From an uncultured virus (IMG/VR IMGVR_UViG_3300013772_000004) (Duplodnaviria > Heunggongvirae > Uroviricota > Caudoviricetes), in IMG/VR virus record IMGVR_UViG_3300013772_000004: a DNA stretch of 20,000 nt; one strand, written 5' to 3'. The notes beneath the pieces are model-generated. The model saw only the letters and a program-made list of their open reading frames with translations. It had not been told where the DNA came from and ran no database searches. Below are positions 15,243 to 20,000 of the stretch, piece after piece. Within the stretch, counting starts at the first letter, position 1. Every line of letters begins with the position of its first letter. Position numbers and translations under genes: made by a program.

Positions 15243-18200
15243 ATGCCCGCCACGTTCAACATCCAGATCAAGGCCGATCCGTCGGGCGCAGTGGGCGCCT
15301 CTAGCGAGACGGTGAGGGCTCTGGAGGCTGTCAAGGCAAAGGGACTGGAAGTCAACGCCACCCTTCGGTCTATCTTCGGATTCTACGCAATCAAGGAGGC
15401 GGTGTCGTCCATCTACCATATGGCAGACGGCTACACGATCCTTCAAAACAAGCTACGAGTCGTGACCTCGGATACCGAGAATCTCGCGACGATGACGAAG
15501 CGAACCTACGACATCGCCCAGGAGGTTCGTGTGCCGTGGGAGACGGTCGCCAACACGTTCGCCCGCGCGACTCGCAGCGCCCAGGCTCTCGGTAAGAGCC
15601 AGGAGGACATTCTATCATTCACGCGCAGCATCTCCGAGGCGTCCGTGGTGTCTGGCGTCACCAGCAAGGAAGCCAACGCTGGCCTGATCCAGCTGTCGCA
15701 GGGTCTGGCGGCCGGCGTGCTTCGCGGCCAGGACCTCCGGGCAGTCATCGAGGACGTTCCGTACGTCGCCCAGCAGATTGCCAAGGGACTCGGCGTGACC
15801 GTCGGCAAGCTGCGCGAGCTAGGTACGCAGGGCAAGCTGACGGCCGAGCAGGTCTTCGCCGCGATTAAGAAGCAGGCACCGGAGATTGCGGCGGCATTCG
15901 AGAAGACCATCCCCACCGTCGGTCAGGCGTTTGATCAGCTTCGTAACGCAGCCATGAAGTTCTTCGGTGAGGCTGGTACTGGATCGGGCGTTCTCACCAC
16001 CATTGCCAGCACCATCAAGTTCATCTCGAAGAATTTCGAGACCTTCGGCAAGCTACTGATGACCGTGCTCGAGGTCTTCGCTGGATTCTACATCATCACC
16101 GGTATCATCAAGCTCTTCGAGGCGCTGAAGGTCGTGCTGATGGAGAATCCTTTCACGGCACTGATCGTCGTTCTCGCTCTCGTCATCTCATTCATTCGCC
16201 AGTTTAGCGACGAGTGGAAGACCAACGACAGTGTGATGATCAAGGGTAAGCGAACCTTCGTCACGGTCGGTGACGATCTTCGCGCGCTCTGGCGCATCGT
16301 GAAGGAGCTCGGTACCGCCATCACGGACTTCTTCATCGAGCCGTGGAAGGCGCTGGTGAACTCCTTCTCGACCGGCATCGACGACGGCGGCATCGAGCTG
16401 AGCCTCGACAACGTTATCCGAATGCTGGTAGCGTTCATCGAGGCTGCGAAGACGATTATGAGTCATCTTGGTCAGTTCATCACCACGATGTTCGGTGCCG
16501 TGCCCGTGATTCTCGCGGCCGCGTTTGACAGAGAATTCTCTACCGTGACCGACGCACTCGTAGTCGTGATTAACAAGCTGATCACTCTCTACAACAAGGT
16601 TCGTGATCTCGGTCAGGGCATCAAGCACAAGGCCCTGGAGTTTGTGCCTGGCACTGACGAGAATGCTGGACGTAGGGCTGGCAGTGAGATTGAGGAGTAT
16701 AAGGCAGAGATCGAGAGTCTGAAGTATACCGCCTCTATGATTGGAGGAAGTAACTGGAAGAGTAACGTCTATAAGAATCCCACACTTCAGGGAATGATCG
16801 ATCAGATTGACGAGTTGCAGAAGAAGTCGTCGCGTGCTCAGGAGACCGTGGATGCGATGACTCGGAAGTACGCCCCCATCACACCGGTCACTCCGGTTGA
16901 CGGGAGGACCGTTCACAGAGATCTTGCCGGTGCCGGAGCGGCGGCTCAGGCCGACACCAGCAGGCTGATCAACGAGATGAACGACGATGTACAGAAGGGT
17001 CTCGGCGACTACGATCAGATGCGCAAGGAGGAGGCTAAGAAGCGAGCTCTCTCCGAGAAAAACACGAAGGTCGACGGAGGCGGTGACGCGCTTCCTCCGG
17101 GTGCCGGCAAGGAGAAGAAGGATCACCTACTTCAGCAGCTCGAGGCGCTCGTCAAGCGCTCCAACGAGGTGTCCGCCGCACTCGAGAAAATTCGAGAGGC
17201 TCGCGAGCTACTCAAGGATCCTCGCGCGGAGGGTATCCTCGAGAGTGTTCTCGGGACAACCAGCGCCAAGGTCATGGCTGACCTGATCGCTCGCGAGAAG
17301 GATCACATCTTCGTACTGGACGCGTGGATTCGCAAGTCGAAAGAACGTACGGCTGCGATGCACGGCAGCAACGAGGAGGAGAGAATCGCCAAGGAACTAG
17401 AGACCGCTCTCGAGAGCATCAGGCAGAAGGGCTACGAGATGAGCGAGGACGGTATCAATCAGCTGAAGAAGCAGATCGAACTCGAGCAGCACAGGGCCGA
17501 CATCTGGGCCATCGAGAAGACTCTCATCGAGAACGCCGACGGCGCAGTCAAGAAGTACCATGACTCACTCGAGGCACTGAATAATCTCAAGATTCAGTCT
17601 CAGGCTCAGAAAGCAGCGGGTTTGGTTCCTACGATGTCGGACCAAAACATCTCTGCAGAGTTCGACAAGATCACTGCCTCCTACTCGCAGACTAACGACG
17701 CCGCATACACCCGTTGGCAGGAGAAAATGGCCAAGATCGATCCGTTCGGCAGTGGTTGGACCAACGCGACCACTAAGATCAAGAACGACCTCCTCGACAT
17801 CTCGAAGACGGTAGAGTCCGTGGTCACCCAGGCGTTCCAGAACCTCGAGAACTTCGTGGTGGACAGCGCCATGACTGGCAGCCTGAGCTGGAAGTCGCTG
17901 ATCGCAGGCATGGAGAAGTCGCTCGACGAGCTCGCGTTCAAGATCCTCGCCAACTACATTCTCAAGAAAATATTCAGCGACGATGGCTCGATCTCTCTCA
18001 CCGGTGCTAAGCTACCTGGCGGTGACGGTGGTGGCGGCGTCGACGCGATCAGCGGTGCCGGCAGCTCCGCTCTCGGCGGCGGAGGTGGAGGTGGCGGTGG
18101 TGGCGATCTCGGTGGTGGATTCAGCCCCACCACCGGAGACGGAGGAATCAATCCCGTCGGCGGCGGCGATTACTCTGGATATCGCTACCAGGGCAGCAGT

Positions 18201-18422
18201 GGATATGGTAGTGGATTCCATACGGTTCCGATGCAGAACGTCAACTACGTCACCCAGGCTCCTCCGCCACCACAGGCTCCGACTCCGGCCACCGTCGTCA
18301 AGCCCCAAGTCACGATCAACAACAGCTACGACAAGCGCGCCCTCCTTCAACACCTCGACAGCCCGGACGGTAGAACCATGATCGCCAACATCATCCGCAC
18401 GAGCCCAGGAAGGAAGACCTAG
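15243..18422 (+). CDS. Tail tape measure protein (1059 aa)
   Basis: N-terminal tape-measure domain (AD.YT.LQNKL...A.LIQLSQGLA.GVLRGQDLRAV.E), hydrophobic segments, long helical region; AAGGAG RBS. Confidence 0.95.
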   Translation: MPATFNIQIKADPSGAVGASSETVRALEAVKAKGLEVNATLRSIFGFYAIKEAVSSIYHMADGYTILQNKLRVVTSDTENLATMTKRTYDIAQEVRVPWETVANTFARATRSAQALGKSQEDILSFTRSISEASVVSGVTSKEANAGLIQLSQGLAAGVLRGQDLRAVIEDVPYVAQQIAKGLGVTVGKLRELGTQGKLTAEQVFAAIKKQAPEIAAAFEKTIPTVGQAFDQLRNAAMKFFGEAGTGSGVLTTIASTIKFISKNFETFGKLLMTVLEVFAGFYIITGIIKLFEALKVVLMENPFTALIVVLALVISFIRQFSDEWKTNDSVMIKGKRTFVTVGDDLRALWRIVKELGTAITDFFIEPWKALVNSFSTGIDDGGIELSLDNVIRMLVAFIEAAKTIMSHLGQFITTMFGAVPVILAAAFDREFSTVTDALVVVINKLITLYNKVRDLGQGIKHKALEFVPGTDENAGRRAGSEIEEYKAEIESLKYTASMIGGSNWKSNVYKNPTLQGMIDQIDELQKKSSRAQETVDAMTRKYAPITPVTPVDGRTVHRDLAGAGAAAQADTSRLINEMNDDVQKGLGDYDQMRKEEAKKRALSEKNTKVDGGGDALPPGAGKEKKDHLLQQLEALVKRSNEVSAALEKIREARELLKDPRAEGILESVLGTTSAKVMADLIAREKDHIFVLDAWIRKSKERTAAMHGSNEEERIAKELETALESIRQKGYEMSEDGINQLKKQIELEQHRADIWAIEKTLIENADGAVKKYHDSLEALNNLKIQSQAQKAAGLVPTMSDQNISAEFDKITASYSQTNDAAYTRWQEKMAKIDPFGSGWTNATTKIKNDLLDISKTVESVVTQAFQNLENFVVDSAMTGSLSWKSLIAGMEKSLDELAFKILANYILKKIFSDDGSISLTGAKLPGGDGGGGVDAISGAGSSALGGGGGGGGGGDLGGGFSPTTGDGGINPVGGGDYSGYRYQGSSGYGSGFHTVPMQNVNYVTQAPPPPQAPTPATVVKPQVTINNSYDKRALLQHLDSPDGRTMIANIIRTSPGRKT

Positions 18423-18424
18423 TC

Positions 18425-20000
18425 ATGCGCACGCGCGTCTCCTTCGCAGTTATCGTCTCCGCGATCGTTCTGGCTCTAGTCGCCAGCATCGCCGTATCGC
18501 AGCCGATACCGTCCCCGGGCATTCGTGCCGTCGCCCACGACACCTCTCTGAAGGGCGTAGGGACGACGGGCAGCAGGCTGGGGCTAGCGGCGTGCGGGTC
18601 GGGCATGGTTCTCCAGACCGACGGCTCGGGCGTCTGGCAGTGTTCGCCAGTCGGCAGTGGATCGGGCAGCGGCATCACGAACAGCGCGGGCCTCAATGTC
18701 GTCATGAAGTCGAACGGCACAAACGCCGTTGCGAGCAGCATGACCGACGACGGATCGATCGTCACCGTCGGCGATGGCGTGACCGACCGCAGCCTGTACT
18801 GGCGCGGCGGCAAGCTGCTCGGGTATTCGATCAGCGGCGGCACGCTCGATTTTCAGATCGACCCGCAGGGCTATTCCTTTCTCGACTCCGCGATCGGCCC
18901 GAGCGGTCACTCGTCAGGAACCGACGAGACGCTGTGCATCGGCTGGATCTGCGACACGTTTCCGCTCAAGGGCACGCTCGACATTCGCACGAACAGCAAC
19001 ACGATCAACGCGGCGACCAACAACAGCGGCGGGTTGCACGTCCAGAACACCGACACGGTTAACACGGGGACCCTCGCCGTCGAGTCGTGGGGCGTGTTTA
19101 TCGAGGGCGGCCAGGCGCGAGGAACGGGCACCGGCGCGCTCACGTCGTACGGGCTCCTCGTCGACAAGCCGGACACGGGACAAGTCAACTACGGTATCGC
19201 AACGAAGCGCGGCGATATCCACGTCGGCACCGGCTACAACTTCACCGGCGACGCGAACCTGACCGCGCTCGCGTACGCGACGCAGAACTGCACCGCGAGC
19301 GCAGCACCCGCCACGCTCACAGGTGGCTCGACCACGAACGATTGGGCGATCGCGACGCTGCTGACGAGCAACTGCCGGATCCGGATGTCGTCGTCCTCGA
19401 CGGCCGAGACGATCGTCACCGGCATCGCGAATCCTACGCTATCCGGCGCGCGTGTGTGGATTCTCGACAACACCGGCAACGGTCCGATCACGTTCAAGTA
19501 CAACAACGCCGGCTCGCTGGCCGGCAACAAGTTCTATTTGGAGAACGACACCGACGTGGTGCTCGACGAGTGGGAGCAAGCGTACCTGATTCGCGATCCG
19601 GACCTTGCCGCATGGCGCATCGTCGGCGGGCACACGCGCATCGCTGTCAGCTCCGTCTACAAGTCTTCGCCATCGCTGGATGCTGTGGCGAGCAGCATTC
19701 TCGACGACGGCACGACGGTGTCGACCACCGAGCCGCTCTCCGCGTTGACCCTGCGCACGGGAGGTGCGACTGGATCGCTGTGGACAAACGGCATAGGCAC
19801 ACCAGCGGGAGCCTGCAGCGTTGGTGATTTCTACTCCAACACGACTGGCTCTCCTGGCACGACGATCTACTCCTGCACCGCAGCGAACACGTGGACAGCG
19901 GTTGGGGGCTCGGGCGTCACGAATACCGCAGGCGCGAACGTGCTGATGAAGTCGGACGGCACGAACGCCGTGGCCTCGCGCATCACCGACACCGGCTCCC
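18425..20000 (+). CDS. Fibre/adhesin-like protein with apparent signal peptide (partial, >525 aa)
   Basis: Hand translation from ATG 18425 is open to the edge: MRTRVSFAVIVSAIVLALVASIAVSQPIP...; Gly/Ser/Thr-rich with repeated K.S.G..AVAS.I.D.G motifs. Missing from the ORF track because no stop is in the window. Confidence 0.8.
   Translation, partial: MRTRVSFAVIVSAIVLALVASIAVSQPIPSPGIRAVAHDTSLKGVGTTGSRLGLAACGSGMVLQTDGSGVWQCSPVGSGSGSGITNSAGLNVVMKSNGTNAVASSMTDDGSIVTVGDGVTDRSLYWRGGKLLGYSISGGTLDFQIDPQGYSFLDSAIGPSGHSSGTDETLCIGWICDTFPLKGTLDIRTNSNTINAATNNSGGLHVQNTDTVNTGTLAVESWGVFIEGGQARGTGTGALTSYGLLVDKPDTGQVNYGIATKRGDIHVGTGYNFTGDANLTALAYATQNCTASAAPATLTGGSTTNDWAIATLLTSNCRIRMSSSSTAETIVTGIANPTLSGARVWILDNTGNGPITFKYNNAGSLAGNKFYLENDTDVVLDEWEQAYLIRDPDLAAWRIVGGHTRIAVSSVYKSSPSLDAVASSILDDGTTVSTTEPLSALTLRTGGATGSLWTNGIGTPAGACSVGDFYSNTTGSPGTTIYSCTAANTWTAVGGSGVTNTAGANVLMKSDGTNAVASRITDTGS

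Noticed and set aside
18592..19827. ORFs 18592-19062 and 19087-19827
   Set aside because: Arg-rich alternative frames within the real ORF starting at 18425.

Overview
High-GC tailed-phage (siphovirus-type) DNA with two sharply different parts. (1) Positions ~1450-20000 are a + strand packaging and morphogenesis operon: small hypothetical genes, terminase small and large subunits, portal, head-tail adaptor, head closure, protease-scaffold, capsid cement protein, major capsid protein, neck/tail completion, tail terminator, tail tube, frameshifted tail chaperones, tape measure protein, and an incomplete fibre-like gene with an apparent signal peptide. (2) Positions 1-~1320 are strongly depleted in GA/TC dinucleotides, which are abundant elsewhere. 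This part holds two back-to-back, near-identical sigma54-type (-24/-12) promoters that drive divergent, apparently near-leaderless small genes, with three GGGG..CCCCACCCT repeats between them as candidate enhancer sites. My best hypothesis is an early-expression cassette, switched on by host RpoN plus an enhancer-binding protein, that avoids a GA-targeted DNA modification carried by the rest of the genome. All family calls come from motif recognition by eye and gene order; no database searches were run, and counts are hand counts.
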